A stretch of DNA of 64,000 nucleotides from positions 1 through 64,000 of the forward strand of contig JAKFBU010000030.1 of the NCBI GenBank assembly GCA_036676985.1. The letters are read 5' to 3'. The notes below the pieces were generated by a model, which saw nothing but the letters and a program-made list of their open reading frames with translations, searched no databases and was not told the DNA's origin. A program made the translations under genes and the position numbers. The first letter of the stretch is position 1. Every line of letters begins with the position of its first letter. Positions 7,706 through 20,550 of the stretch are shown here, in pieces. This DNA is from Candidatus Sericytochromatia bacterium (GTDB taxonomy: Bacteria > Cyanobacteriota > Sericytochromatia > S15B-MN24 > UBA4093).

Positions 7706-9712
7706 CTACCAGAGCCGGACCCGGTCCTGGGGGGCCTTGTAGAGCTTGTCGCCCGGCTTCAAGCCGAAGCTCGAGTAGAAGCCGTCGATGTTGGTCACGA
7801 TGCCGTTGGTGCGGTACTCGTCCGGCGAGTGCGGATCCGTCAGCAGCCACTCCTTCATGGTCTGGGGACGCGCCTTGGAACGCCAGCCCCGGGCATAGGC
7901 GTAGAAGAAGCGCTGATCGCCCGTGAGGCCGTCGATGACAGGCGCTTCCTTGCCGCCCAGCGAGAGGCGGTAGGCCTCGAGGGCCGTGGTGATGCCCGCG
8001 AGGTCCGCGATGTTCTCGCCGAGGGTGAGCTTGCCGTTGACGTGGAGGCCCTTGATGGGCTCGTAGGCGTCGTACTGGGACACCAGGCGCGCGGTGCGCT
8101 CGTTGAACGCCTTCTGGTCGGCGGCCGTCCACCAGTCGCGCAGGCGGCCGTCGCCGTCGTAGTTGCGGCCGGAGTCGTCGAAGCCGTGGCTGATCTCGTG
8201 GCCGATGATGGCCCCGATGGCGCCGTAGTTGAACGCGTCGTCAGCCGTGGGGTCGAAGAACGGCGCCTGGAGGATGGCCGCCGGGAAGACGATCTCGTTG
8301 CCCACCGGGCTGTAGTAGGCGTTGACCGTCTGGGGCGTCATCTCCCAGCGCAGCTTGTCGACGGGCTGACCCAGATCCTTGATGGCACGCACCGAGGCGA
8401 AGCGGTTGGCCCTCAACACGTTGCCCACGCCATCCTGGCGCTTGACGACGAGCCCCTCGTACCCGCGCCACTTGTCGGGATAGCCGATCTTTACGGTGAT
8501 CTTGGAGAGCTTGTCCAGGGCTTCCTTGCGGGTGGGCTCGCTCATCCAGTCCACGGCCGAGAGCTTGTCGCGGTAGGCGATGAGCAGGTTGTCCACGAGC
8601 TCCTTGGCCTTCGCCTTGGAGCTTGCCGGGAAGTAGGTGGCGACGTAGCGCATGCCGATCGCCTCGCCCAGCATGTCGCTGGTGGTGCGAAGCGCCGTGC
8701 GCCAGCGCGGCGGCTCGGAGGTGAGGCCCCGCAGCTTCTCGCGCCGGAAGCTCTGGTAGGCGGCCCGGTAGGAGGCCCCCAGGTGCACGGCGTAGTCGTC
8801 CACGATCCGCAGGCGCAGGTAGGCCTGCCAGGTGCTCAGGGGGGTCTTCTGGGCGAGCTGACCGAAGGCCTTGAAGTAGCTGGGCTGGTTCACGATGCAG
8901 CCCGCCGCGGCCGGCATGCCGAGGGCACTGGCGTAGGCCTCCCAGTCGAAGGGCGCGTAGTCCTTGACCCAGCTGGCCCGCGTGGTGGGGTTGTAGGTCT
9001 TGAGGTCGTCGCGGCTCTCCACCTCGGTCCACTGGATCTTGGCGATCGCCGTCTCGAACGCGAGCACCGCCTGGGCGTCGGCCTCGGGCGATCGCGAGCC
9101 GCTGAGGCGCGCGAGCTTGGTCAGGTAGGCGACGTAGTCCTTGCGCAGGGCCACGTCCGAGGCGCCCTGGTTGAGGTAGTAGTCGCGGTTGGGCAGGCCC
9201 AGGCCGTCCTGGTAGAGATAGAGGACGTTCACCTTGGGGTTCTTGGCGTCCGCGCCCACGTAGGCGCCGGCCGGAACCCGCACGCCCGCCATGGAGAGGT
9301 CGCCGAGCACGCGGCCGACCTCGGAGACGCGCTTGAGCTTGCGGACGGCGTCGAGCTCGGCGCGCAGCGGCCGGAGGCCCGCGCGCTCGAGGGCGGCCGT
9401 ATCGAGCAAGGACGCGTAGAAATCGCCCAGCATGCGGTTCTCGGCGTTGGCGCCGGGCTTGGCCCGCGCGGCCTCCAAGAGGGTCCGGACGTGCTCCTCG
9501 GAGCGCTGGGCCATCTGGTCGAAGACGCCGTACGAGACGCGATCGCCCGGGATCTGGACCGAGTTCAGCCAGGCGCCGTTCGCATGGCGGAAGAGGTCGT
9601 CCTGGGCACGGACGGTCGCATCGACCCCCTCGAAGGGGACGCCGGGGGCGGCCAGGGCGGACGGGGAGAGCGACAGGGCAAGCAACAAGGCGAGCATGAC
9701 TTTGGACGTCAC
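7706..9712 (-). CDS. secreted M13 (neprilysin/PepO) metallopeptidase
   Basis: Signal peptide, VNAYY, HEISH zinc motif, GENIAD, DPHSP; AAAGGAG RBS before GTG 9712. Confidence 0.95.
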   Translation of the reverse strand: MTSKVMLALLLALSLSPSALAAPGVPFEGVDATVRAQDDLFRHANGAWLNSVQIPGDRVSYGVFDQMAQRSEEHVRTLLEAARAKPGANAENRMLGDFYASLLDTAALERAGLRPLRAELDAVRKLKRVSEVGRVLGDLSMAGVRVPAGAYVGADAKNPKVNVLYLYQDGLGLPNRDYYLNQGASDVALRKDYVAYLTKLARLSGSRSPEADAQAVLAFETAIAKIQWTEVESRDDLKTYNPTTRASWVKDYAPFDWEAYASALGMPAAAGCIVNQPSYFKAFGQLAQKTPLSTWQAYLRLRIVDDYAVHLGASYRAAYQSFRREKLRGLTSEPPRWRTALRTTSDMLGEAIGMRYVATYFPASSKAKAKELVDNLLIAYRDKLSAVDWMSEPTRKEALDKLSKITVKIGYPDKWRGYEGLVVKRQDGVGNVLRANRFASVRAIKDLGQPVDKLRWEMTPQTVNAYYSPVGNEIVFPAAILQAPFFDPTADDAFNYGAIGAIIGHEISHGFDDSGRNYDGDGRLRDWWTAADQKAFNERTARLVSQYDAYEPIKGLHVNGKLTLGENIADLAGITTALEAYRLSLGGKEAPVIDGLTGDQRFFYAYARGWRSKARPQTMKEWLLTDPHSPDEYRTNGIVTNIDGFYSSFGLKPGDKLYKAPQDRVRLW

Positions 9713-9806
9713 AGGGCTACGGCTCCTTTCTCGAGCAGAACGCATGGTTCTATACCCCGCGCGCCGTCCCCTAGACGCGGCAAGCGCAAACGGCTATGGT
9801 CGAGCC

Positions 9807-10262
9807 ATGCGCCTGATCGTCGACGGGGACGCTTGTCCCGTGAAAGACCTCCTGCACCGCGCGGCCCTGAGGCTCGGCGCGCCCATGATCCTCGTGAGCA
9901 ACCGGCCCATGGCCTTCGGCGCGGAGCATGGCGTCACGGCCGTCATCGTCCCGGAGGGCCCCGACGAGGCCGACCGGTGGATCGTCGCGGCGGCCACCCC
10001 CGAGGACCTCGTCGTCACGGCGGACATCCCGCTCGCGGCCGAGGTGGTGGCCAAGGGGGGCGTGGCCCTCGGGCACCGGGGCGAGGTCTTCGACGCGGCG
10101 AGCATCGGCGAGTACAAGGCCCGCTGGACCCTGATGAACTCCCTGCGGACCGAAGGCATGGAGATCGGCGGTCCCAAGCCCTACGGCAACAAGGACCGCG
10201 CGAGCTTCGCCAATGCCCTCGAGCAGTTGATCCGGCGGCTCCAAAGGGCCCGCAAGCCCTAA
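9807..10262 (+). CDS. YaiI/YqxD (DUF188) family protein
   Basis: IVDGDACPVK, DEADRWIV, VVTADIPLA, GGPKP motifs. Confidence 0.9.
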   Translation: MRLIVDGDACPVKDLLHRAALRLGAPMILVSNRPMAFGAEHGVTAVIVPEGPDEADRWIVAAATPEDLVVTADIPLAAEVVAKGGVALGHRGEVFDAASIGEYKARWTLMNSLRTEGMEIGGPKPYGNKDRASFANALEQLIRRLQRARKP

Positions 10263-10351
10263 TCCCCCTGGATACGGGCGATCGGGTGACAAATGTCCGC
10301 TTGCTTGCTAATGTAAAATCCGCTTACCGGCTGCTGTCCACAGGCTGACCC

Positions 10352-12823
<2,472 letters not shown>

Positions 12824-12934
12824 CCCCGCCCCGCCCGGATGGCTTGTCGGCCCCCTCCGGCAACTGGCCTCGGGGCCGCGATCGTGCTAGATTGAGGAGT
12901 TTCCATCCTCCACTTCACAAAGGGACCTGCGACC

Positions 12935-14623
12935 ATGGACACGACACGCGCCGAAACCCCGGAAGCCGCCGAGAAGGTCGGCCGGGATTTCATCCGCGAC
13001 ATCATCGACGAGGACCTGCGCACGGGCAAGCGCACCAAGGTCGCCACTCGCTTCCCCCCGGAGCCCAACGGCTACCTACACGTCGGGCACGCCAAGTCCA
13101 TCACCCTGAACTTCGGCATCGCCCAGGAGTACGGCGGCACCTGCAACCTGCGCTTCGACGACACCAACCCCACCAAGGAGGAGACGGAGTACGTCGAGTC
13201 GATCATGGAAGACGTGCGCTGGCTCGGCTTCGAGTGGACCGGCCTCTACTACGCGTCGGACTACTACGAGAAGTTCTACGACTACGCCATCGAGCTCATC
13301 TCCAAGGGGCTCGCCTACGTCGAAAGCCTGACGGCCGAGGAGATGCGCGAGTACCGCGGCACCCTGACCGAGCCGGGCAAGAACAGCCCCTACCGCGATC
13401 GCTCCGTCGAGGAGAACCTGGACCTCTTCAAGCGCATGCGCGCGGGTGAGTTCGAGGACGGGACGCACGTGCTGCGCGCCAAGATCGACATGGCCTCGCC
13501 CAACCTCAACATGCGCGATCCGGCCCTCTACCGGATCCGGCGGGCCCATCACCACCGGACGGGGGATGCCTGGTGCATCTACCCGATGTACGACTACGCG
13601 CACCCCATCTCGGACGCCCTCGAGGGCATCACGCACTCGATCTGCACGCTCGAGTTCGAGGATCACCGTCCCCTGTACGACTGGGTGCTCGACAACATCA
13701 CCATCGACTGCCACCCGCAGCAGATCGAGTTCGCGCGCCTCAACGTCGGCTACATGGTCACCAGCAAGCGCAAGCTGCTCAAGCTCGTCACCGACCGGAT
13801 CGTGAGCGGCTGGGACGACCCGCGCATGCCCACCATCTCGGGGATGCGGCGGCGCGGCTACACGCCGGCGGCCATTCGCAACTTCTGTACGGCCGTGGGC
13901 ACCTCCAAGGCCAACGGCATGGTCGAGCTCGGGCTCCTGGAGCACTTCGTCCGCGACGACCTGAACAAGACCGCCCAGCGCGTCATGGTCGTGCAGCGTC
14001 CCCTCAAGGTGGTCCTCGAGAACTACCCCGAGGGACAGGTCGAGTGGTTCGAGGCGGAGAACAACCCCGAGGACCCCAATGCGGGCACTCGCAAGGTCCC
14101 CTTCTCGAAGGTCCTCTACATCGAGCGGGACGACTTCATGGAAGTGGCGCCCAACAAGAAGTACTTCCGGCTGGCGGTGGGCAGCGAGGTGCGCCTCAAG
14201 CACGCCTACTACATCACCTGCACCGAGGTCCTCAAGGACGAGGCCGGCGACATCGTCGAGCTGCGCTGCACCTATGATCCCGAGAGCCGGGGCGGCGGCA
14301 CGCCGGACGGCCGCGTGGTGCGCGGCACCCTGCACTGGGTGTCGGCCGAGCACGCGGTGCCCACCGAGATTCGCCTCTACGAGACGCTCTTCACCGAGCC
14401 CACGGCGAGCGACGTCGAGACCGACCTCAACCCGCGTTCGCTCGAGGTCCTGAGCGAGGCCAAGGCCGAGCCCTCCCTCAAGGAGGCCAAGGCGGGCGAT
14501 CGCTTCCAGTTCCTGCGGATGGGCTATTACGCCATGGATCCGGACTCGACGGGCGATCGGCTGGTCTTCAACCGGACGGCCACGCTCAAGGACACCTGGG
14601 CCAAGGTCGGAAAGCAGCAGTAA
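12935..14623 (+). CDS. glnS: glutamine--tRNA ligase
   Basis: [48 protein letters not shown]. Confidence 0.97.
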   Translation: MDTTRAETPEAAEKVGRDFIRDIIDEDLRTGKRTKVATRFPPEPNGYLHVGHAKSITLNFGIAQEYGGTCNLRFDDTNPTKEETEYVESIMEDVRWLGFEWTGLYYASDYYEKFYDYAIELISKGLAYVESLTAEEMREYRGTLTEPGKNSPYRDRSVEENLDLFKRMRAGEFEDGTHVLRAKIDMASPNLNMRDPALYRIRRAHHHRTGDAWCIYPMYDYAHPISDALEGITHSICTLEFEDHRPLYDWVLDNITIDCHPQQIEFARLNVGYMVTSKRKLLKLVTDRIVSGWDDPRMPTISGMRRRGYTPAAIRNFCTAVGTSKANGMVELGLLEHFVRDDLNKTAQRVMVVQRPLKVVLENYPEGQVEWFEAENNPEDPNAGTRKVPFSKVLYIERDDFMEVAPNKKYFRLAVGSEVRLKHAYYITCTEVLKDEAGDIVELRCTYDPESRGGGTPDGRVVRGTLHWVSAEHAVPTEIRLYETLFTEPTASDVETDLNPRSLEVLSEAKAEPSLKEAKAGDRFQFLRMGYYAMDPDSTGDRLVFNRTATLKDTWAKVGKQQ

Positions 14624-14635
14624 TCAGGTCTAAGG

Positions 14636-14667
14636 AAACGCCCCTCGCATTGCGCGAGGGGCGTTTT
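14636..14667 (+). terminator. intrinsic terminator of glnS
   Basis: AAACGCCCCTCGC/GCGAGGGGCGTTTT hairpin. Confidence 0.8.
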
Positions 14668-14715
14668 GAATGGGGTCAAAGGGTCAGCCCCGATCCGCGG
14701 CCGCCGAGTTCGCGA

Positions 14716-14830
14716 CCCTGGACTCCCGCTTTCGCGGGAGAGACGGGAGGGCCGACTGGGCCTTACAAGGGCTTGGCCTCGATGCCTGAATGAGCGCTCC
14801 CGTCATTCCCGCGAAAGCGGGAATCCAGGG
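14716..14830. repeat. inverted pair of REP-like palindromic elements
   Basis: 14716-14749 and 14797-14830 are reverse complements at 31/34 positions; core GTCATTCCCGCGAAAGCGGGAATCC is itself palindromic. Confidence 0.8.
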
Positions 14831-14873
14831 CAGTGCCATCCGGCCGCCAGGGTGGGTAGCGGTGGCTCCCGAG

Positions 14874-15218
14874 CTACAAGATGCTCACATCGAGCTCCAG
14901 CCGCTCTCCCAGCCACCGGACGTGCTCGGTGTGATCCACCAGGTCGTTGCCCGTCTCGGGATGCAACAGCACCGACTGGGCCCCGTGGTGCGACTGAAGC
15001 CATCCGAGCACCGCCTCCCGCTGCGCATCCGGGAACTCGATCTCGAACATGGGCAACGGGTGCGGGCCTACCTTGCGGTAGCGGATCGGCCAGACGGTCG
15101 CCATGTCCCCGAGGTCCCGCTGCGCGTCGGCGTGCATGGCCTCGATGAGGCCCTCCTCGCCGGGCCGGAAGTAGATATGGGCGTGATAGGACGGTGCCTC
15201 GACGAGCATCCGGACCAC
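14874..15218 (-). CDS. DOPA 4,5-dioxygenase family protein
   Basis: YHAHIYF, VGPHP..MFEI, SVLLHPETG, DHT...WLG. Confidence 0.88.
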   Translation of the reverse strand: MVRMLVEAPSYHAHIYFRPGEEGLIEAMHADAQRDLGDMATVWPIRYRKVGPHPLPMFEIEFPDAQREAVLGWLQSHHGAQSVLLHPETGNDLVDHTEHVRWLGERLELDVSIL

Positions 15219-16157
15219 CTAGCGCAGGGCCGTGCGGCCGTGCGGGCTCGTGAAGTCGAGCTCGGGGCCCACCGGGACGATCCGCGTCGGGTTGATCTCG
15301 TCCTGCGTGACGTAGTAGTGGCGCTTGATGTGGTCCATGTTCACCGTCTCGGCCACGCCCGGCACCTGGTAGAGGTCGCGCAGGTAGCCGGAGAGGTGGG
15401 GGTAGTCCGCAATGCGGCGGAGGTTGCACTTGAAGTGCCCCACGTAGACCGCGTCGAAGCGAACGAGCGTGACGAACAGGCGCCAGTCTGTCTCGACCGG
15501 GTGATCGGCCACCAGGTAACGGCGCTTCGAGAGGCGCTCGTCCAGCTGATCGAGCGCCTCGAAGAGGCCCCGCACCGCCCGCTCGTAGGCCGCCTGGGAG
15601 GTGGCGAAGCCCGCCCGGTACACGCCGTTGTTGACCGTCTTGTAGATCCAGTCGTTGAGTCGGTCGATCTCCGCTCGGTGCTCGACCGGGTAGAGATCCA
15701 GGCTCCGGTCGGCGAAGGCCTCGAACTCTGTCTCGAACATCCGCATGATGTCGTCGTCCGAGTTGCTCACGACCCGCCGCGTCTCCTTGTCCCACAGGAC
15801 CGGCACCGTGTAGCGTGCCCGGAAGTTCGGGTCCGTGGCGTGGTACGCCTCGCTCAGGAAGCCAAAGCCGTTGATGGGGTCGCGGGAGTGGCCCTCGCCC
15901 TCCCGAAAGGCCCAGCCGCGCTCGTCGCGGATGGGATCGACCGCGGTCATGCCGATGACGTTCTCCAGGCCCTTCAGCCGGCGGACGATGATGGTGCGAT
16001 GGGCCCAGGGACAGGCCCACGACACGTAGAGGTGGTACCGACCGGCCACGGCCGGGTATTGCGAGCTCCCGTCGGCCTTGACCCAGTCTCGAAAGGCGTC
16101 TTGCTGCCGCTCGAACCCGCCTTCGGCCGTCTGTTCACTCGGGAATTGGGCTTTCAT
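15219..16157 (-). CDS. glutathionyl-hydroquinone reductase (Xi/omega-class GST, YqjG-like)
   Basis: RYHLYVSWACPWAHR, TVPVLWD, NNGVYRAGFA, RFDAVY.GHFKCN. Confidence 0.93.
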   Translation of the reverse strand: MKAQFPSEQTAEGGFERQQDAFRDWVKADGSSQYPAVAGRYHLYVSWACPWAHRTIIVRRLKGLENVIGMTAVDPIRDERGWAFREGEGHSRDPINGFGFLSEAYHATDPNFRARYTVPVLWDKETRRVVSNSDDDIMRMFETEFEAFADRSLDLYPVEHRAEIDRLNDWIYKTVNNGVYRAGFATSQAAYERAVRGLFEALDQLDERLSKRRYLVADHPVETDWRLFVTLVRFDAVYVGHFKCNLRRIADYPHLSGYLRDLYQVPGVAETVNMDHIKRHYYVTQDEINPTRIVPVGPELDFTSPHGRTALR

Positions 16158-16229
16158 GGTCTATCCCTCGCGCTGAATCCTCACACGTTTTATCCTAGCA
16201 CTCCCGACGCGGGCGCGCCGGACATGGGC

Positions 16230-17441
16230 TCAAGGCTCGCTGCCGAGCGGATGCGGGCGGCCCCGCAGGGAGCCGGACGGACGCTCGTACGCCCCCCGGA
16301 TCCGGCGCCTCAGCGGGTCCTCGTAGTAGCGGTACAGGAGGCACGAGACACCGACCGTCACGCCCAGGGCGATCGCGAAGGCCTTCCATCCCAGGTGGCC
16401 GACCTGGCGACCCAACGCCTCCGAGAGGCGGTGGCCGATGGGGACGTGCAGGAGGTAGATGCCGTAGCTCGCCTCGCCGAGGCGAATCGACCAGGGGTGC
16501 GACAAGAGGGCCGCGAGCGCCCCTGAGCCGTAGGCGAGGCCGCCCACCAGGGCGACGACCAGGGGGAGGTTGAGGGCGATCGCAAGCTCCGCCGGCATGG
16601 CCAAAAACGCGTTCATGGCGAGAAAGAGCCCCATGGCCCAGCCGGTCGTGACGCCCGCCGCCCGCCGTAGCGCCGGCTGGGCCGGCTCCAGGAGCCGGAA
16701 GGCCCGTCCCAGGATCATGCCCGCCAGGAACTCCGGCAGCCGAAAGACGGGCGCCATGCCGATCACCGCGTAGAGGTCGAGGCCCGGGCTCACGAGGCGA
16801 ACGCCCCACATGGCGAGGCCCATCCCCAGGACGAGGGCCCACAGGGTCAAGAGCGCGAGGCCCGCCCGCCCGAGCGTGAGGCTCCGGTGGAAGCCGGAGG
16901 CCACGATCAGAGGGAACATCAGGTAGAAGAAGGCCTCGGCGGACAGGGACCAGGCGGGTGCGTTCCAGAACATGGCGCCGCTCGGGATCCACGCCTGCAC
17001 GAGTCCCAGGACCATGCCTCCCTTGATGAGGCCCCAGGCCGTCCCGAGGGTCGCTCCGTACTTCTGGGCCAGCACGCCCACGTCCCGCAACAGGTCCGGA
17101 AAGGCCACCACCAGGGAGAGCAGGTACATGGGATAGACCCTGGCGAAGCGCGCCGCCCAGAACCGTCGGCGATCGAGCCGCTCGCCTTCCCGGTCGTAGG
17201 TGTGGGTCAGGACGAAGCCCGACAGCACGAAGAACAGCGACACGCCGATGAAGCCGTGCGCCGCCAGGGCGTTCAGCCCGGCCACGAGGAAGCCCGGCAC
17301 CCCTTCTGGCGCTTGCGCCATGGGGGACCAGAAGTGATGCAGCACGACCAGGAGGACAGCAAGGAAGCGCAGTCCCGTCAGGGCCGACAGGTGAGGGGTA
17401 CCCGCCGCGGTCGCGTCCCGTTCGATAGTCGTCAGTCTCAT
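16230..17441 (-). CDS. acyltransferase family 3 (OafA-like) membrane protein
   Basis: LTGLRFLA..V..HH, GVSLFFVLSGF, RFARVYP, WSLSAE..FY, LGEASY.IYL.H. Confidence 0.92.
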   Translation of the reverse strand: MRLTTIERDATAAGTPHLSALTGLRFLAVLLVVLHHFWSPMAQAPEGVPGFLVAGLNALAAHGFIGVSLFFVLSGFVLTHTYDREGERLDRRRFWAARFARVYPMYLLSLVVAFPDLLRDVGVLAQKYGATLGTAWGLIKGGMVLGLVQAWIPSGAMFWNAPAWSLSAEAFFYLMFPLIVASGFHRSLTLGRAGLALLTLWALVLGMGLAMWGVRLVSPGLDLYAVIGMAPVFRLPEFLAGMILGRAFRLLEPAQPALRRAAGVTTGWAMGLFLAMNAFLAMPAELAIALNLPLVVALVGGLAYGSGALAALLSHPWSIRLGEASYGIYLLHVPIGHRLSEALGRQVGHLGWKAFAIALGVTVGVSCLLYRYYEDPLRRRIRGAYERPSGSLRGRPHPLGSEP

Positions 17442-17621
17442 GGGGCGACATGGTCTCAGATGTGTCGACCACGATCATTGGCGGATCCGCCCTAACCTCG
17501 CCCGGTATACCAGCCATCTTGGCTCAGGCACGCGGATTTCCGGACGAAGCCCCGTCCCCGGACGGCCCCGCGGTTCAGCTTGCCACCTTACGATCGACGG
17601 TCGCGGCCGCGACGACGGGGC

Positions 17622-17651
17622 TTGCCATATTTATACCGATCGGTATATCAT
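17622..17651 (+). promoter_or_regulatory. tetR promoter with perfect palindromic operator
   Basis: TTGCCA(17622-27) and TATCAT(17646-51) overlap TATACCGATCGGTATA (17632-17647). Confidence 0.8.
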
Positions 17652-17657
17652 CGAGCC

Positions 17658-18233
17658 ATGAGGACACAGGACAACCGGCAACGCCTCCGCGAGGTGGCCC
17701 TGGAGCTGTTCGCGCACCGCGGCTACGACGCCACGGGCGTACAGGAGATCGTGGAGGCGGCGGGCGTCACCAAGCCCACGCTGTACCACTATTACGGCAG
17801 CAAGCGGGGCCTGCTCGAGGCCCTGGTCCAGGACCAGAGCGCCGAGTTCATGGCCGAGCTGCGCGGTGCTGCGGCCTATGCCGGGGACCTGCCCCTGACG
17901 CTCATGCGGATCGTGTCGGCCTATCTGGCCTTCGCGCGCCGCCGTCCGGACTTCTACCGCCTGCACATGATGCTGTACTTCCTGCCGCCGGAGCACGAGG
18001 CGCGTCTCGCGACCCTGCCCCTCTTCGAGGAGCAGCAGCGCCTGCTCGAGGACATGTTCGTCGCGGCCGTCCCCCACCACGGCAACCTCCGGGGACGGCA
18101 CCAGCGCCTGGCCGCGGCCCTGCAGGGGCACATCAACAGCCATGCCGCCATGCTCTTGAACGGGCGGCTCGCCGAGAGCGACTCGCTCCCCCACGAGATC
18201 GCCAAGCAGTTTAGCTACGGCATCTACGCGTGA
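17658..18233 (+). CDS. TetR/AcrR family transcriptional regulator
   Basis: ALELFAHRGYDATGVQEIVEAAGVTKPTLYHYYGSK HTH. Confidence 0.95.
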   Translation: MRTQDNRQRLREVALELFAHRGYDATGVQEIVEAAGVTKPTLYHYYGSKRGLLEALVQDQSAEFMAELRGAAAYAGDLPLTLMRIVSAYLAFARRRPDFYRLHMMLYFLPPEHEARLATLPLFEEQQRLLEDMFVAAVPHHGNLRGRHQRLAAALQGHINSHAAMLLNGRLAESDSLPHEIAKQFSYGIYA

Positions 18234-18249
18234 GTTTTTTTCACAGCTC

Positions 18250-18265
18250 TATACCGACCGGTAAG
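18250..18265. promoter_or_regulatory. second TetR operator
   Basis: TATACCGACCGGTAAG, near-copy of the first operator, just before the RBS of the GH13 gene. Confidence 0.7.
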
Positions 18266-18281
18266 TAAACAAGGAGGAACC

Positions 18282-19637
18282 ATGTCTCACTGGGCCCAGG
18301 ACGCCGTCTTCTACCACGTCTATCCGCTCGGGGCGCTGGGGGCGCCCGCGCGCAACGACTTCTCGAGCGCTCCCCAGGCGCGCCTGGAGGAGCTGCACGC
18401 GTGGCTCGAGCCGCTCCAGGCGCTGGGAGTCACGGCGTTCTACTTCGGCCCGGCCTTCGAGTCCACGGCACACGGGTACGACACGGCGGACTACTACCGC
18501 GTCGATCGCCGGCTCGGCGACGACGCCGCCCTCGCGCGCTGGAGCAAGGCCCTGCACGGGCGCGGCATGCGCCTGGTGCTGGATGCCGTCTTCAACCACG
18601 TGGGGCGCGACTTCTGGGCCTTCCGAGACGTCCAGCGGAACGGCGCCCACTCCCCCTATGCGGGCTGGTTCCACCTGGACTTCGGGCGCCGCAGCCCCTG
18701 CGGGGATCCCTTCTATTACGAAGGTTGGAACGGCCACTACGACCTGGTCAAGCTCAACACGAGCCATCCTGGCGTCAAGGAGCACCTGTTCGGCGCCGTC
18801 AGGCACTGGATCGAGGCCTACGAGATCGACGGCCTGCGCCTGGATGCCGCGGACGTCCTCGACAAGGGCTTCCAGCAAGAGCTCGCGACCTTCTGCCGCA
18901 CGCTCCGGCCCGACTTCTGGCTCCTCGGCGAGGTCATCCACGGTGACTACAAGGGCTGGGCCGGTCCCCACATGCTCGACTCGGTGACGAACTACGAGCT
19001 CTACAAGGGCCTCTACTCCAGCCACAACGATCGCAACTACTTCGAGCTGGCCCACTCGCTCAACCGGCAGTTCGGTTCGGGCGGGCTCTACCGGGACCTT
19101 TCGCTGTACACGTTCCTGGACAACCACGACGTGGAGCGCATCGCGAGCCGCCTGAAGCGCTCAAGCCACCTCTACCCCCTGCACGCGCTGCTCTTCACCG
19201 TCCCTGGCGTGCCTTCTCTCTACTACGGCAGCGAGTGGGGGATGCTTGGTAAAAAGGCGCACAACAGCGACGCGCCGCTGCGACCCGCCTTCCACCCGCA
19301 AGCAGGTCCCAGGCAGGGGACCGAGCCGGACCTGGCAGCGGCAGTGTCGCGGTTTGCCCGTCTGCGCCGGGCGCACCCGGCCCTGCGGGAGGGGGGCTAC
19401 CGGCAGCTGCATGTCTCCGCCGAGCAGTTCGCCTTCCTGCGCAGCTGCCAAGACGAGCAGCTCGTGGTCGCCGTGAATGCGTCGGACGAGCCCGTGGAGA
19501 TCCGGCTGCCCATCGAGGAACACGGCGCGAGCCAGCTCGTCGACGTGCTCAACGACGGGGAGCGCTTCTCCGTCATGGGTGGAGAGGCGGTCGTCACGCT
19601 CTACCCGAGCTGGGCGCGCGTGCTGAAGCTGGCTTAG
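18282..19637 (+). CDS. GH13 alpha-amylase family glycosidase (cyclomaltodextrinase/neopullulanase-like)
   Basis: HGYDT.DY, DAVFNH, DGLRLDAA, GEVIHG, FLDNHD. Confidence 0.93.
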   Translation: MSHWAQDAVFYHVYPLGALGAPARNDFSSAPQARLEELHAWLEPLQALGVTAFYFGPAFESTAHGYDTADYYRVDRRLGDDAALARWSKALHGRGMRLVLDAVFNHVGRDFWAFRDVQRNGAHSPYAGWFHLDFGRRSPCGDPFYYEGWNGHYDLVKLNTSHPGVKEHLFGAVRHWIEAYEIDGLRLDAADVLDKGFQQELATFCRTLRPDFWLLGEVIHGDYKGWAGPHMLDSVTNYELYKGLYSSHNDRNYFELAHSLNRQFGSGGLYRDLSLYTFLDNHDVERIASRLKRSSHLYPLHALLFTVPGVPSLYYGSEWGMLGKKAHNSDAPLRPAFHPQAGPRQGTEPDLAAAVSRFARLRRAHPALREGGYRQLHVSAEQFAFLRSCQDEQLVVAVNASDEPVEIRLPIEEHGASQLVDVLNDGERFSVMGGEAVVTLYPSWARVLKLA

Positions 19638-19664
19638 AGGAGTTCCCGTCCCGGGTCGACGTGC

Positions 19665-20447
19665 CTAGCGCGAGGCCTTTCGGGCCCAGAACAGCATGCG
19701 CCTGAAGGGATAGAAATAGGGAGCCCGGTCACCGAGCTCGCGCAAGAGCCTGGCACGATAGGTCGAGAGAAAGGCCTCCTGGGCCTCGGCCTCGAGGCGG
19801 CCCAGATAGGCCGTCAGGAGCGTCCCCTTGACCCACTCCACGACCGCTCCGACGTCCGGGAGCACGTGGCCGTAGATCTTCTCGAGACAGACCTGCTCCT
19901 CGAAGCCGTGCTCGTATAGGAGCTCGGCGTATCGCTCGAGCGACAGGACCTCACTCTGGCGCACGTAGCCGCCGAGGAGGTCCTTGAAGGGCGCCTCCTC
20001 GGCCACTTCGGCCGCAAGGCGATGGGAGGGATGCCCCTCGTTGCGGGGGACCTGCACGGCAATCTGGCTGCCGGGCCGCATGTCCGACAGGCTCCGGCCG
20101 AGCAGACCCTCGTTGTCCGGCACCCATTGCAAGGCAGCATTGGAGAAGACGAGGTCACACTCGGCGCCCCCCCGCCACGCGAGGATATCGGCATGTTCGA
20201 AGCGCGTCCGCTCGCTCGCGCGCTCCCTGGCACGCTCCAGCATGGCGGCCGACGAGTCCACGCCGAGTACCGAGGCTGCCTGCAAGGTCTCGGCCAGCAT
20301 GACCGTCAGTTCTCCGGTGCCGCACCCCAGATCGACCACCCGCATGGCGGGGCGAGGGTGGATAAGGCCCACCAGGTCGTGGTAGGGCTGCATGCGCTCG
20401 GTTCGGAACTTCTCGTACTGCGCGGGGTTCCAGGCATCGGCGGACAC
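19665..20447 (-). CDS. tam: trans-aconitate 2-methyltransferase
   Basis: WNP.QY.KF..ER..P, VVDLGCGTG, SNAALQWV, WVKGT.L, YPFRR; GAGGAG RBS before GTG 20447. Confidence 0.85.
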   Translation of the reverse strand: MSADAWNPAQYEKFRTERMQPYHDLVGLIHPRPAMRVVDLGCGTGELTVMLAETLQAASVLGVDSSAAMLERARERASERTRFEHADILAWRGGAECDLVFSNAALQWVPDNEGLLGRSLSDMRPGSQIAVQVPRNEGHPSHRLAAEVAEEAPFKDLLGGYVRQSEVLSLERYAELLYEHGFEEQVCLEKIYGHVLPDVGAVVEWVKGTLLTAYLGRLEAEAQEAFLSTYRARLLRELGDRAPYFYPFRRMLFWARKASR

Positions 20448-20550
20448 GGCGGACTCCTCTGGGGCCGGGGGCCCACCCATCCTACTCCTGCTCGAACGCT
20501 TGGCGCAAAGTCCCGGCCCCCGTAAGATGGTTCCAGAAAGTGAGGTTCCC

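Noticed and set aside
7679-10348. 889-aa plus-strand ORF
   Set aside because: Antisense shadow of the M13 peptidase; no motifs; typical high-GC artefact.
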